The notes beneath the pieces are model-generated. The model made no database searches, was not told where the DNA came from, and was given only the letters and a program-made list of their open reading frames with translations. From Cyanophora paradoxa CCMP329 (lineage: Eukaryota > Plantae > Glaucophyta), in the NCBI GenBank assembly GCA_004431415.1, contig QPMI01000175.1, positions 62,001 to 126,000 on the forward strand: 64,000 nt of DNA, given 5' to 3'. This document shows, one piece after another, positions 49,191 to 62,891 of the stretch; position 1 is the first letter of the stretch; each line of letters opens with the position of its first letter. The position numbers and the translations under genes are program-made.

Positions 49191-51866
49191 ATGAAGATCG
49201 TCCTTAATGCGGGGCCGCCGAAGCCCGCCGCCGTGCCGGCGCCTCCCGCGCGGAGGGTGCGTTACCCGAAGCTCCACACGCCTGAGGTCGCTAGCTCCGG
49301 GCCGCCATGCATCGACCAAGAGCGTTTAGAGGCAAGCTAGAGCGTGCAATGTCACCCGCGCGGCCCACGCGACCTTCTGGCCAACCCAATCGACAATTTT
49401 GACAAGAGGCGCCCAGCACGCTGCGTGCGGGGATCGGCGGGTTGCCAGTTGCCACGCAAGATCCCTAGTCTCAGCTTGGCTCCTCGTTCTCGGCGGCGGC
49501 TAGCGGCCTAACCGCGCGCAGTAGCCAGCGGCTGCGGTCATGCGCGCTGACCGCTGATGCGCAGGCGCGGCCAGCGAGCGCCGGCGTCGCGGCAGGCCCT
49601 TCTTCCCCCAAGCCGGCAACGGCTGCGGAGGCGGCGAAGAAAGCGGACAGCGGGACGTTCAGGGGCGCGAGCCCTCGCAGCGCCTCCCCGGCGGCCGGCG
49701 TCGCGCCGGCGCCCCGCGCCCCGGCGTTCGTGCCCCTCCTGGAGCCGAAGAACAAGGGCTCCGTCAAGGCGAGCTTGGGGCGAGCTTGGGGGATGCCCCG
49801 AGCCGTCGCCCGCCCCGCGCCCCCGCATCGCGCCCCCTCTGATCGCGCCGCGCGCCCGCGCAGGTTCTCTTGAGCAACGGCGGGCTGGAGCGTGCGGAGA
49901 TCAACAAGAGCCAGGCGAGAGGGGCCCGGCGCCGGCGCGGGCGGCGCGGACCCCCGCCGCGGGCCGCGGGCCGCGGGCAGCCGCTGCCGCAGTGCCGGAC
50001 TGACGCCGCGCGCCCCGCCCCCCGCAGATCATCCAGGAGCTCCGGAAGCAGGTGAACCTGCGCAACATCGGACAGTTCAAGCGCATCTTCATGGGCCTCT
50101 CCTGCGTGCGTCAGCGCCCCGTACCCCCGCGCTCGGCCCCCCCCCCCCCCCCCCCCCCCCCCCAACCCCCAACCCCAAGTAAACCTCCGGTGCGCAGGGT
50201 ACGGGGACGTGCCCGAAGGAAGACTTCATCGAAGCTCTGGTCCAGTTCGGAGTCAGCGATCGCGCTCTGGTGAACCCGCCCGCTGGCGGGGGTATCCCCA
50301 ATCGAGCTTACTGGGGGGTGCGAAGTGCTACCGGCTGTTCAAGCTCTTTGATACAAACGGGTCGGGGGACATCGATTTCGCCGAGGTGCGCGAGCCCCAT
50401 CGATATCGCAATGTGCCCCCCCCCTCCCGACCCACGCGCTCAGTTCGAGCTCGGAATCGCGCGTACCCTCTGCGAGCCCTTGGACAGAGTGCTGTTCGGT
50501 AACTCTGCCGCCCCCCCGCCGCAAGCTCGCCCTTCCCGTCGAAGAGTGCCGTACCCCCAGAGTACTTCAACGACAGGGGCTTGCCCAGCAGAGTCTCCGT
50601 GCAGGTGCACCGGGGGCCTTTCCCCTCGCCGGCGCCCTCTTTGCCGGTACCCCTCCTTCTGACGGGTACGCCCGCAGGAGATCTACAGGATGCTTCTCGA
50701 CGGCTCCGCCCGCCGCGCCCGCCTCAACCGCGCCGATCTCGACCTTCCGAATGTGTGTACCCCTCGGAAATCCTGTACCCGTCTCGCTGAGCTCGGTGGT
50801 CCCCGCAGGGACAGGGGGCGGCCGGCCCCTCCCAGACGCCGGCGGCCACGCAGCGCGTCCGGATCGAGTCCTTCAACGGCGTACCCCCGCCCCCCTCGCG
50901 CCCCTCGTCCATGCTCCGGCTCCCCACCCAGCCCGCGGCCCAGCGGGCGCCGGGCCCCAAGCCCCTCCCGACGGCCCGCCCCCCGGCCATCAAGGGCCGC
51001 AGCCCGCTCGCGCGGCTCAGGATACGGGTTCGGATCCTCGAGGACCCCCCTTTCCTCCCCGAGCCGCTGACCCCGGGCGCAGGCCGCGTTCTGGGCGGTG
51101 TACGTGCTGAAGGCGTGCGGGGACCGGCAGGGCCGCCTCTCCCGCGACGCGATCGTCATCCGGGCCGTGCGCGCCGCCCCCGTACCCCCCGCCCCCCCCC
51201 CGACCCGCCCGTCGTCCTCACCGTGCCCCCCCGCGCAGGTGGGCGACCGCGTGCTCCGGTTCGTCTTCAAGAAGGGTATGGGGTGGGAGGTCGACGGCGT
51301 CCTGGGAGGGGTACACCCCTCCATTCAGCCCGCCAAACGTTCGCGAGGCTGAGTACCCCCCCCCCCTCCCCCAGGGCCAGTTGAAGATGGGGGCGGTGGA
51401 GGACGAAGAGGACGGCGCCGGGGCCGGCGGCGCGCCTTTCTTCCACGCGCCCCTCCAACTCACCCGCCGCCCCATGAGCCTCCGCAAGCCCTCCTGGGGT
51501 ACCCTCTCCTCGTTTGGCCCCGCCCCCCCCGTCGACCACTCGGCCCGCTCCGGCGGGGTACCCGTCTTCGCCCTCGCCCGGGGGGACGCCTCGCTCCCCC
51601 GGGCCGCCTCCTCCCCCCAGCTGCTGCCCCCCGGCCCCCTCTCCTCCTCCCCCTCTCCCCGGTCGCCGGCGGCGAGCGCGCGGCAGCCGGCCGCGCTGCG
51701 CTCCTCGCGCCTCGCCGCCTCCTCGCTCTCCCTCTCCCTCTCGGCCAGCTCCTCCTTCTCCGCCTCCGCCTCCGCCTCGCCCTCCCTCCAGGAGCTCTTC
51801 TCCGACTACTCCATCACCGGCGCCGACCCCCGCAGGCTCCTCCGCCAGCGCCGCCCCTACCTCTAG
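49191..51866 (+). CDS. EF-hand calcium-binding protein (multi-exon; start approximate)
   Basis: Canonical EF loop in RLFKLFDTNGSGDIDFAE|F at ~50331-50385, many short introns, and a Ser-rich last exon ending TAG at 51866. Confidence 0.7.
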
Positions 51867-52282
51867 CCCTCGCCCCCCGCCCGCCCCTCCGGCCCCCCGC
51901 CTCCGGCCCCCCGCCTCGGCTCTACCTCCAGCCGCCGCCAGCCGCCCCTCCCGGGCCCTCCGCCGCCTCCGATACCAAGCCTCTGCGAATGCGTCTCGGG
52001 GCACAGCCCCTCGATCCCAAGGGCCTAACCCCATGAGACGCTCTGATATGGCTCTGTACCTGCATCTTTCCTTTTTTCCTGGTTAGTGCTTGATGGCTAC
52101 GCCTGCTAGATTGCGAAGTTACAGGCTCACAGCTAGGTTTCTTTTTGATGTTGGTTGAGCAGTATTGTCACAATTTGCTGCTTTCATTTAGCGGGAATAG
52201 CGAAAGACGCGTTCGAATTCAACTGGCAATTTCGCTTTTTGTGTTTCTCAGTACCAGCTGATCCACGATGCTATTTGAAATT

Positions 52283-54331
52283 TCAGATACAAGGATTCGA
52301 GCCCGCTTCTGAGGCGATAGTTACGTCGACGTCCGGGCCTCCGCCTCGCCGCCCACCCCCGGCTCCAGCATCCATCGGAAAGGCCGGTGGCGGCCGTACC
52401 CCGGCAGCGCCTTTACCTGCGCTGCGTTCGCGTGCGGCGGCGGAGGGCGCGGGCGCGGGGCGCGGGGCACGTGCCTCGTCGTCGTAGAGGGAGGAGCGGT
52501 GGGCGCGGATGAACGGGGGCGCCGGCGCCGCCCCCTCGCCGGCGCGGCCCAGGGCCCCGAGGAGCGACGCCAGACGCATGTACGGCAGGTCTGCTCGCGC
52601 GCGCCGCGCACGCGTCAGCGGCGCGTCGCGGAAGGAAGCAAGGGGCGGGGCGGGGGCGGGGGCGGCACCGGCGAGGGAGAGGGCGGTGAGGCGGGGGCCC
52701 AGCGCCGCCGCCTCCTCCAGCACCGCCTGCGCCCCCGCGCCGCGGCCCGGGGCGAGAGTCAAGACGAGGCGCAGTCCGAACGAGCGGGGGAGAGCGGGGC
52801 GGGGCGCGCCTGGGCGTGCCCGAGGTACTCGCTGGCGACCAGGCCCTGCAGGGAGGAGTCAGGGGGAGGGCCGCGGGCCGCGGGACGGGGCGGGAGGAGG
52901 GGGCGCGGGGCGGGCGGGCGGGCCTGCTTGGAGAAGCGGAGCTGGGCGAGCTCGAGGGCGGGGCACTCCCGCCGCACCGCCTCGCTGCACCTGCCGCCCC
53001 GCACCCGCCCCCGCCCCCGTCGCCTCCGAGGTCGGGGAGGGGGAGGGGGGGATTGTAGGAGGGCGGGGGCCCGCGGGCCCGCCGAAGGTGATGGAGTCGA
53101 GGTCGAGGGCGCGCAGGTGGCGCCCCACACGCGGCAGCCACCGCCCCGCAAGCTCCTCCGCCCTCACCTGGCCCCGCGGCTCGCCGGGGTGGCGGGAAGA
53201 GAGGGGGGTACCGGTGCACGCCGCACCGAGGCGGCCATGACGCAGATCTCGTCGACGCCGGAGGCGGGGATCGAGGCCAGCACCGGCTGCGGGGGCACAG
53301 GCACCACTGAGCTGGGACATGGAAGGGGGGGGGTACGGGGCCAGCGGACCTCGTGGAGGTCGGGGGGGAGCTCGCCGATCTCGAGGCGGTGTACCCGGAG
53401 GCCGGCGCGGCGCGTCCACGGCAGCTCGCACCTGCCCCGCCCGCCCCGCCGTCAGTCGAGGCCGGGCCGGGCCGGGCCGGGCCAGGGGCGACGGGCGCGC
53501 GCGCGCGCCGACTGACCCGGCGTAGATGCGGGCGCTCCCGAGGGCGCGGAGGCGGGGGTACGCCGACAGCAAGCGCGCCAGCGGCTGCGGCTTCGCGACG
53601 AACTGCGGGAGCGCGGAGTAAGGCGCCGGCCTGGAACGGGCGAGTGCGCATGCGGCGGGGGCGCGCATCGCAGTGGAGCTCGACGAGGCAGGGTAGGGAG
53701 GGCGCCCCGGCGAGGAGGAGGGAGTGGGGCATGGCGACGGCCAGCGCCTCGATGCGGGGGCACAGGGCCGCCACCGCCGCCGCCTCCTCCCGCCCCACGC
53801 CCATGTCCACCTCCGCCGCCTCTGCCCGCCCGCCCGCCCGCCCGCTCGGGCCGCGCGCGGCGGGGCGCGGGGCCGCGTCGCGCGCGGAAGGCGCGCACCC
53901 GTGAGGACGTCGAGCTCGCTGGCGAAGACGCGGTAGCGGAGGCGGCGGAGCTGCGGGCCGGCGGCCGCGAGGGCGGCGCGCAGGGCCTCCACGCGGGGCC
54001 CCCGCCCGTGCACGTAGCTCGTCACCAGCAGCGAGAGGTCGAGCTCCTCGAGCTCCGCGTGCCGCGGCGCCCGCAGCGCTCTGCAGAGCGCCTCGAGCGT
54101 CGTCGCCCGCGGGACCGTCTTCAGGGACGCCTCGCAGAAGGCGGGCAGCACGATCGCCGCCACGGTGCGGTTCTGAGGAAGCGAAGGGTCCTGCGCCAGG
54201 CCATGCCACGCCCGCGAGACGCGCGCCGCTTGGGCCAAGTCGGGCTTGTGAAGGAGCGCGAAGCAGCGCAGCCCGAGCTCCGTCGGCAGCTGCGCGAAGC
54301 CTGACGCCGCATCGCATTCGACTGAACTCAT
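52283..54331 (-). CDS. F-box protein with LRR-like C-terminus
   Basis: N-terminal F-box FAQLPTELGLRCFALLHKPDLAQAARVSRAWHGLAQDPSL, followed by LxxLxL repeats (LEELDLS, LRRLRY, LRALDLDS, LTALSL). Confidence 0.8.
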
Positions 54332-54704
54332 CCGTTGGCGGCGCTCGCCTGGCGGCCTTGGGGCTAAGCGGGACTTGCGTGTGAAGGGAATTCAAGGGAT
54401 CCCAGGAACGCTGCCGGACCACGCTGGCGCTGCGCCCGCACGCAGTCTTAACGCAATTGACGCAGATGGCCCAGTGGCCCACGATTGCAGAGGCGCGCAG
54501 CTGCAACGTGATGGGGCCGGCTCGTGTGAAGGGTGCCCCTACCCCCCTCGCGATTGCTCCCCTCAAGCAATTTTGGTGCGGCGCCCGCAGCGCCACTAGG
54601 GCGGTCCCAGCTGCTCGCATCCGCTCAATAGCGCTACTGAAACAGCTCAACGACACCTGAAGCGCACAGCATCGCGTCTGAGTGAACTGGACTTCAGCGT
54701 CGCG

Positions 54705-57700
54705 ATGCTGGTCAAGGAGGACCAGCGCGCGCTCGCGGCGCCCCCGCCGCCGGCTGACGACATGGAGGAGCACACGGGGCTGCCGCCGGGCTGGAAGTAC
54801 AACATAGACGCGGGCGGCGTCGTGTACTACGAAAACGAGTACAGCGGCGTCGTTTGCTACACGCACCCGCTGCTGCTGTACCTCAAGGAGGTGCAGAAGC
54901 GCGTCGAGGACGGCCGCGGCTACGCCGTCCGCGTCCCGCCGCCTTACTGGATGGACTTTTTCGACCCGCTGTCCCGCTCGACCTACTACCACAACTTCGT
55001 GACGGGCGAGAGCACTCAGGATGTCCCCGAAGGCGGTCCGCGCGCAGCTGCCGACCCGCCCCGCCCCGCCCCGCTTCTCGCGCCGGCCCCTCACCGTCGC
55101 TGCAGACTGGATCATGCACCAGGGCGAGCTCAGCTGGACGGAGCCGCCGCCAGACGGTGCGCGGGCCCCGCCGCGCCCGCCGCCCGCCGCCGCGCACGCC
55201 CGCCGACCGCGACGGCGGGGCAGCTGCGGAGCACCCGGCGCTGGAGGCGCCGGTGGCCAGCCACAGCGAGGTCATGGCGGCGGCTGTGCGGATCCAGGCG
55301 GCGTACAGGGGCCACGCCGGCCGCCGCCGGGCCCGCGCCTTCCAGCGCGCCCTGCTCGAGGAGTCCGCCGCCTGCATCCAGTCCGCGTTCCGCGCCTACC
55401 TGTCCGCCCGTACCCCCCTGCCCCCCGCACCCCCTTGCACCGCCTGACGCCCCCCTCAGCACGCGGCAGGCGCTGCAGCAGTCCGGGGTCGTCTGCATAC
55501 CCCCCCTCGTGCACGAGCTGAGGCGCCCGCCGAAGCCGCGGCGGGTCTTCAACATGCACGGGCACACCTTCCGGGGCCCCCTCGCCGAGCAGGCCCCGCC
55601 CCCGGCCCCCAAGAGGGGCCGAAAGAAGGGACCCGTACCCCCCGCGAAGGGCGCTCGCCGCCGGCCGCGCCGGAAGGCGCCCCCCGCCCCCTTCCCGGAG
55701 GGGTACGACCCGCGCTGGATGCTGCCCCACGAGTTCAAGGTGTACCGGCCCCTGCGGCTCCAAGCCGCGGCGACCGCGTCCGTACCCCGCATCAAGCCGC
55801 CCGAGCCGCCCCAGGACCCCGACGTGCGCCGTACCCCCCTCCCCCCCTCCCCCGCGCCCCCGCCCCCCGGCTCACCCTCCGCGCCCCCCCCGCAGTCGCC
55901 GTACCTGCAGCCGCCGGCGCCGGGCATCCAGCTCGCGCGCTCCCGCTCCGCCCTCCCCTCCGGCGCCGCCTACGCAGCCTCCCAGCCGCCCCTGCCCCCC
56001 TACCTCGCCTTCCACGCCCACCACGGCATGCACCCCCACCCGTACCCCCCGCAGGCGGGCTTCGCCTACCCGCCGCAGCCCTACCCGCCCCTCGCGTACC
56101 CCTCCACCGCGCCCGCGCCCCCGGAGCAGTACCCCCCGGAGGAGCCGCCCCCGCACTCCCGGAAGGGGGTACCGGACGTCCCGGGCCCGTGGGAGGGGAT
56201 CGAGGAGATCGTCGGCCGCGCGGAGGACGAGCTCAAGCAGCTCGTGCGCCTCTACTGGGACCTCCGCGTGCGCCGTGCCGCCCCGGATGGTCCCAGGAGC
56301 CGCCGCCGATGCGGTACCCCCCGCGCAGCCGTACCTGGGGAAGGAGGAACCGTTCCGGCTCTTCGAGATCCTGACGGCGCCGCCGGCGCCGACGCCGCCC
56401 CCGGCGCCGTCCGCCCCGCAGCCGCCGAAGCGCAAGATCACAGTCTGGTGCCACCCCCTCTACCGCGACTCTTCCCGCGTCTGAAACCGGGGCTCGTCTG
56501 GCAGGCACCCGGCGGACCCGCGGCGCCACAACGGGACGGACATCGTGACCGTGCCCGGGACGGTCCGGCCGCGGCCGCCGGGCGAGGGCCCCGCTCCGCC
56601 GCCGGCGCCGGCGCCGGCGCGGAGCCCGCGGGGGGGGCGGGGGAGGGGGAGTCCGTGCTGGAGCGGATGCGGCGGTACCAGGCGGAGCAGGCGCAGTCCA
56701 TCGCCCTCGCCAAGTCCTCACGCTCCTCCTGGCAGGCCCGCCCGCCCAGGCCCGCGCCCGCCCTCGCCGGGGCGAAGGCCCTGACGCGGCGCGCGCGGCG
56801 GGCGCAGGCGCCGCTGGTGCGGGAGCAGGCGCGGCGGGTGAAGGGCCCCGTGCTGGCGCCGGCGATGCGGCGCATGCCGCTCGAGCAGCTCGATTGGCTC
56901 AAGGCGGAGGCGGAGCGCCAGGCGAGCGAGCCGGCGCCCGGGCCGCCTCCGCGCGGGGCGGGGCGGCGGGGATGCGCTGGTGGAAGAGGGCCCTGACCCT
57001 TCCTTCCCCCGCAGGGCCGCCGCTTCGAGGACCTGGTGGCCGCCGTCGAGAGGGGCAGCCTCTCCCCCCCCACCGTGCGGCCCCGTACCCCCCGGCCCCG
57101 GCAGCCCCGGGCCCCCTCCCCCTGAGCCCGCTCCCGCAGTCGCCCCGCATCTCCCCGCAGCGGTCGGCCCCTTCCCCGCCCCGGGTACGCCCGCTTTTCG
57201 GAAGCCTGTCACGTACCCCCGGCCCAACGGCGCGTGCGCAGTCCCCCGGGCGGTCCGTCGGCGCCGGGACCCGCCGGCCGCCGAGGCCGCCCGCGGCCCC
57301 CGCTGGAGGCCGGCCCGTCTCGGGCCCCCCGCCAGCGCCCCGGCCCCGCCCCGGCGGCCGCCCCCCGGCCCGGCGGCGGCCCCGCCCGCGCGGACCGCCT
57401 CGCCCTCGCTGGCGCCGCGCTTCGAGGTCGCCCCGCGCTCCGTGAACCTCCCCAGCGGCTCGGTCCAGGAGCCCATCCAGGTACCCCCCCCCCTCCGCCC
57501 CCGCCGGCCAGCGGCCGACGCCCTCGCGCGCGCGGCAGCTCTCGGTCTCGGGCTCGGCGCCGCGGCCCTTCTGGGGGCGCGAGCTCAACCCGGACGGCTT
57601 CCGCCTCAAGCTGGGGACGTGCGCGCCCCTCTACCCCCCCTCCCTCGCCTCTACCCCCCGCTGCTCTGACGGGGGGGCAGGCTGGCGGTGGCGCTGGCGC

Positions 57701-58530
57701 ACGGCCCGGTGCCGGTGGATGCCTCGGGCCGCTTCGGGCCCGTCCCCGCCACCCTCCAGCCCGGCCAGGCCCTGCCCCCCGCCTCGTGCGCGCCCCGCCC
57801 TGCATGGGGGAGGAGAGGGAGGGCGCCCCCGCCGACGAGCCGCGGCGGGGCGGCGGCAGGTACACGCTCGCCTACGAGGGGGTACACCGCGAGCCCGACG
57901 CGCTGGAGGTCACCCACGGCGCCCGCGAGCCGCCCCAGGCCCTCCCGGTACCCCCCACTCCCCTCTGCTCCCTCGCGCCAACCGCCCAACGAGGCCGCGC
58001 CCCGGCAGGTGCTGGTCCAGGAGGCGGAGGGGCCCGTGCGGGCGGCGTCGGCGTCGGCGTCGGCCCCCGGCAGCGACGGCGACGGCGGCTCGCGGCCGCC
58101 CTCCGTCCTCAGCGAGTCGCAGGCGAGCCGGCGCCCGCCCCGCCCGGCCCGCCCCGCCCCGCCGGGCCTGATGCAGGCGCCCGCCTCACGCAGGCGGGGG
58201 CGCGGGCGGCGGCGCACGAGGCGATCGACGCGGCGGCGCTGGGCCTCGACGGCGGCGGCGAGGGGCCGCGCCGCCCCTCGGGGGCCCCCTTCCTGGCCCC
58301 CTCGGCGCCGCCCCTCGCCGCCCGCCCGCCCTCGGGCTCGGCGCCCGCCCGCGGCCCTCCTCGCGCGCCTCGAGCCGCGGGCGGAGGCGGAGGGCGCGCC
58401 GCCCTCGCCCCGCGCCCCCTCGGCGGCCTCCGAGTCCGGCGCGGCGGCCGCCGAGGTCGCCGCCGTGGCGGCGGAGGCGGCGGCGGGAGCGGCTCTCGAG
58501 GGCCCGTCCGAGGCGGAGGGCGCCCCCTGA
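54705..58530 (+). CDS. Tandem WW domain + IQ motif, proline-rich protein
   Basis: WW domains LPPGWKYNIDAGGVVYYENEYSGVVCYTHP and PPYWMDFFDPLSRSTYYHNFVTGESTQDVP. IQ motifs AAVRIQAAYRGHAGRR and AACIQSAFRAYLS after splicing. Confidence 0.75.
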
Positions 58531-59210
58531 GCCGTCGGACGAGGAGAAGATATTCGTGGCCCCTGCCAGGGCCCTGCCTGCCTGGACCGATCGCCTTAGC
58601 GCTGTAGCTGCAGTAAGAAGCGCCCTTGCGCCTTGCCAGGGCTCGTGGGGGGCTCAGGGCTGGTTACATGTACGTACAAATATGCCTGGGGTGCCACGGT
58701 GGGATCCGGACCGCAACCGTCGCCTTCGGCGGCTGGGCATGTGCGGCACTTCGGATTCAGGCGGGGCGCCGGCCGGGGCATGCGCGGCATCGATGTTCAC
58801 ATTCTTGTTAATTGTAATTCGATATCCTCAATTTCAAATTTTAAAATAAGCTGGTTGAAGGATCGATTCAGTAAGGAAATACTACCCCAGAATGATTACT
58901 TACACTGCGACAGTTATGAAACGTATGCGGCACGGACGACGCAATGAATGCTTCGTAAGCGAGGGCTGTGCTGCGGGATGATCGAAAATATGCACACTGG
59001 GATACCGAGTCCAGCTCACTGAACCTGGAAAAGATTGTGCATCCTACGTGCCAATGGAACGAGCCGTAGCTGTATATACAAGGACTCTAAAAAAGAGAAA
59101 ACAAGCTGACGAGGCCGCGGCCACCGAACAAAGACAAAGGGAGCCCGCGGCCGGTGGTTGGGGCGAGCGCGGCCGGACGCTCGGCACCGCATAAATAGAA
59201 CCTCTAGGCT

Positions 59211-60417
59211 CTACCGGTCTCCGAAAGGCGAGGAGCGAGGCTTGGGATGCATGTACAAGGGAAAAGTTGGGATGGCGCCGCGAAGAAGGGCCCGGGGGCG
59301 GGGGCGGCGGGGCCCCCGGGGGCTCAGCACTCGGCGGAGAAGGAGGCGGCCTCGCGGGCGAACGTGTTGGGGCGCTCGCGGCCGACGCTGGGGGAGAGGG
59401 AGCGGCCCGAGGCCTTGCGGAGGGCGGCGTTGGCGGCGGCGAAGCGGCGGAGGGCGATGGAGCTCGAGGAGCCGCCCTGCCACGAGCGCCGCGCGCGCCG
59501 CTGCGAGAGCATCACGTGGTCCTCCAGGGCCGCCTCGCCCTCGCCGGCCTCCCCCGTGCTGCCGCTGCGCTGCCGCCCCGGCGACTGCGCCCGCGGCGGC
59601 GGCATCGGCGTGATCGCCGCGCTCCGGATGCGGATGACGGCGCCGAGGACGGCCCCGAGGGGCACGTCGGGCCAGTCGCGGAGGAAGCGGACGGGGCGGC
59701 GCCCGCTCGAGTCGACGCCCGTGACCGCCTCGACCAGCGCGCCCAGGAACTCGGCCACCGAGCGCCCGTCCGTCGCCGGGTGCACGCCTGCGCGCCGGCC
59801 CGTCAGCGCGCCGGCCGCGCCGCCGCGGGGCGCGGCTGGCTCACATTTCTGGGCGAGGGACGACATGGAGCCGCAGAAGGCCTTGCGGTCGAGGTGGTCC
59901 TTGCCGCTTGCGTCGGCGGTCCAGTCCTTGTCGGCCGTCGCGGACGCCTCGTCGGCGTTGAAGGTCGTCCGCAGCGCGCGGAAGAGCGCCGCGTGCAGCC
60001 TGCAGTACGTGTCCTGCAGCCGCGTGGTGAGGAGGCCGTTCCATCGGGTCGGGACGGGGGCGGGGCCGCACCTTGGTCATTACGTTCTTCGTGGCGACTG
60101 CCTCCCAGAGCTGCCCGAGGAAGAACTCGGTGCTGTTCGGCTCCGCCTCCTCCATGGCGACATCCTCGTCCGAAGGGGGACTCGCGGGCGCTGGCTCCGC
60201 GGCGATGTCGTCCAGCTCGCCGGCCTCGCGCTTGCCGAACGAGCGCGGGGCGCGGGGCGCCTTCGGATGCGAGTCCCGCGGAGATGGAGGGGAAGGTGTG
60301 AGCCGCACGGGGACCGAGAGCGCCCCAGTCGGGCTCGCGGCCGGGGACGCCTGGCTCGGCTCAGCTGCAGGATCCGAGGGGTTGAACGCGAGAATCTTCC
60401 GAAGTCTCAGCGGCATT
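59211..60417 (-). CDS. Hypothetical protein (about three exons)
   Basis: MPLRLRKILAF...LWEAVATKNVMTK|DTYCRLHAALFRALRTTFNADEASATADKDWTADASGKDHLDRKAFCGSMSSLAQK|... joined by GT-AG introns. Function not recognised. Confidence 0.55.
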
Positions 60418-61777
60418 GCTGCAAGTGCTGGGAAAGCAGCTGGGAGGTCGGTGTGGCGGCACGTGCAGATGTTCGATCGCGCAGTGAAGCCGCTGAAGCG
60501 CACGGGACCAACCTAGGCCTGGCGGAAGTCCTGGATGATGCGCCGCGGCGCAAACTTGCCAACTTGGCAAGCTTGAAGTTGGAACTTCGGAAAGATGCAC
60601 TGGGCTAGCCCACAGTCACTACGGTAGTACAGTACTAGTGCTGCCTAGCAGTGCCTACTATAGGCTAGTACGGGACAGGTAACCGCTGAGCGGCGGTGAC
60701 GCCGGTGCCACGGTGAGCGCGCCGCGCGACAGCGAAAACCGGCTCAGGGGCCAGGACGCTTCCAGGACGGCAATCGCTTAACTTGGGGGGTAGGCGTACT
60801 TATTATGCAAGAACTAGTACTAGTTCTATATATATATCATAACTGCTATGTCGCTTTATTGCGATTCATAAATGGAAGTTCTGAACTGTCAATTCGATTC
60901 AAATGCATTTAACAACGTTAACAGTTGAACGCGCGCTCCGGTCCGCGTTGCGTCATACTATTTAATAATAAAATTAAAGCAGCAAAATCGATTCAGTGTC
61001 GGATTCACTGATCGATCCATCGATACAGTAATATGATTCGATATCGATCATCGGCCGCGGATATCGATATCGGAGGATGCGAATTGCGTCAGATATCTAT
61101 ATATGTCGATTGATTTCCCTGCGCAAACCGACCAATCGAGTTCTGCGCAGACCGACCAATCTTAAAAGCTTACTCTGGATCTCGAATCGGTGGGATTCTC
61201 TGCCTAAGAAAGCGCTTGCGATTCGTCGGCACCGGAGTCGCAATATTAATAGCGCGCGCTTGTCGATCGCGAAACGCGATCGGCCACCGACGGCCAGTGC
61301 CGACGGCCACTCGTGCATTGAACCGCCGCGACTCTTGAGTCTTGAGTCTTGACTCTCAAGCTAGAGTCTAGATCGATCTTGCAATTGAGTCGTGGAAGTA
61401 ACTTGGTACCCGGCAAAGGGCCGTCGACGTCATTCGGTTAATTCGAATTATAATTAATTATTCGAATATTCGAAACCGAACTCGGAATTCGAAGAATTCG
61501 AAGGCGGAGGCCTAGGGGCGTCACACACGGCGCCGGCGTGCCACGGACCACGGTGGGGGCCTACTGGCCCAGTGGGGGGGGGGCATGCGCATGCGCATGC
61601 ATGCGCATATGCATATATATATGCATGAATCAGCATGCGCAGCATGATGCGCAGAGACGTAATTATTAATTATAAGACGCCGGCGGAGGGACGTAAGACG
61701 CCGCGTATCAGGGACTAACGTGTGCAACCCCCCCCCCCGGTATACGTCAATTCAAACTCGGCGGCAAATTTTTGAAC

Positions 61778-61944
61778 ATGGCGGCACCGGCGGCACCCGC
61801 GGCGGGCTCCGTGCCCGCGGGAGAAATCGAACGTGTCGTGATCCACAGGAAGGGCAGCCCGGATGCGCCGCCTGTGCATTTCAAGCCGGACATGCTCAAC
61901 GCCCGCCCCGTTGACGTTGTCCTGCGGCTGCTCAAGACGACTGT
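61778..61944 (+). pseudogene. 5' fragment of the element's second, convergent ORF
   Basis: MAAPAAPAAGSVPAGEIERVVIHRKGSPDAPPVHFKPDMLNARPVDVVLRLLKTT starts ~70 bp inside the left TIR and is cut by captured DNA at 61945. Confidence 0.45.
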
Positions 61945-62496
61945 GTGGAGCTCGACGAGGCAGGGTAGGGAGGGCGCCCCGGCGAGGAGGAGGGAGTGGG
62001 GCATGGCGACGGCCAGCGCCTCGATGCGGGGGCACAGGGCCGCCACCGCCGCCGCCTCCTCCCGCCCCACGCCCATGTCCACCTCCGCCGCCTCTGCCCG
62101 CCCGCCCGCCCGCCCGCTCGGGCCGCGCGCGGCGGGGCGCGGGGCCGCGTCGCGCGCGGAAGGCGCGCACCCGTGAGGACGTCGAAGGCCCCCTCTCCTC
62201 CTCCCCCTCTCCCCGGTCGCCGGCGGCGAGCGCGCGGCAGCCGGCCGCGCTGCGCTCCTCGCGCCTCGCCGCCTCCTCGCTCTCCCTCTCCCTCTCGGCC
62301 AGCTCCTCCTTCTCCGCCTCCGCCTCCGCCTCGCCCTCCCTCCAGGAGCTCTTCTCCGACTACTCCATCACCGGCGCCGACCCCCGCAGGCTCCTCCGCC
62401 AGCGCCGCCCCTACCTCTAGCCCTCGCCCCCCGCCCGCCCCTCCGGCCTCCCCCTCCGGCGCGGCGGTGCGGCACGGGCGGCGTGGCGGCGCGGAC

Positions 62497-62891
62497 CCGT
62501 AGAAGGTCGAGCGGTGGATGGACCTGCGCTTTTTCGCGAACTCGCCCAGGCGAACGTTGCGTCCCGTCGGATCCAGCTCCGCGAGGGCGTGCTGAATCCT
62601 AGACTTCGCCACAGTGATGCCCGCGGCCCTGAGCGCCCCGCGGATCGCGTCGTAGCCGTATCCGTCGCCGCACAAAGTCGCCGCTTCTTCTACGACATCG
62701 TAAACTGCCTCCTTTGAGAGAGAGTAGTCCGTCGAGAGGTCGAGGTCGCTGAGCTTGTAGCGCAGGGCGCGCATCGAAATCTGGATTTGGTGCTCCTCGT
62801 GCAGCAGAGCCACGATCTCCCTCGCCTTTCTCTTCTGAGCCACATACTCCTCCAGAATCTCCGGGTCGATGTAAATCTCGAAGCCGCTCAT
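62497..62891 (-). pseudogene. N-terminal DNA-binding part of an IS3EU/integrase-core-type transposase; DDE domain lost
   Basis: IQISMRALRYKLSDLDL..VYDVVEEA..GYGYDAIRGALRAAGITVAKSRIQHALAELDPTG..RRSIHRSTFYG matches the pattern that precedes the catalytic core in these transposases. The ORF then runs into captured DNA. Confidence 0.7.

Noticed and set aside
47082-55115. Very long Arg/Pro/Gly-rich ORFs (745 aa at 47082-49319, 900 aa at 52413-55115)
   Set aside because: They are stop-poor read-through of GC-rich exons and introns in mixed frames. The real genes are the spliced models listed.
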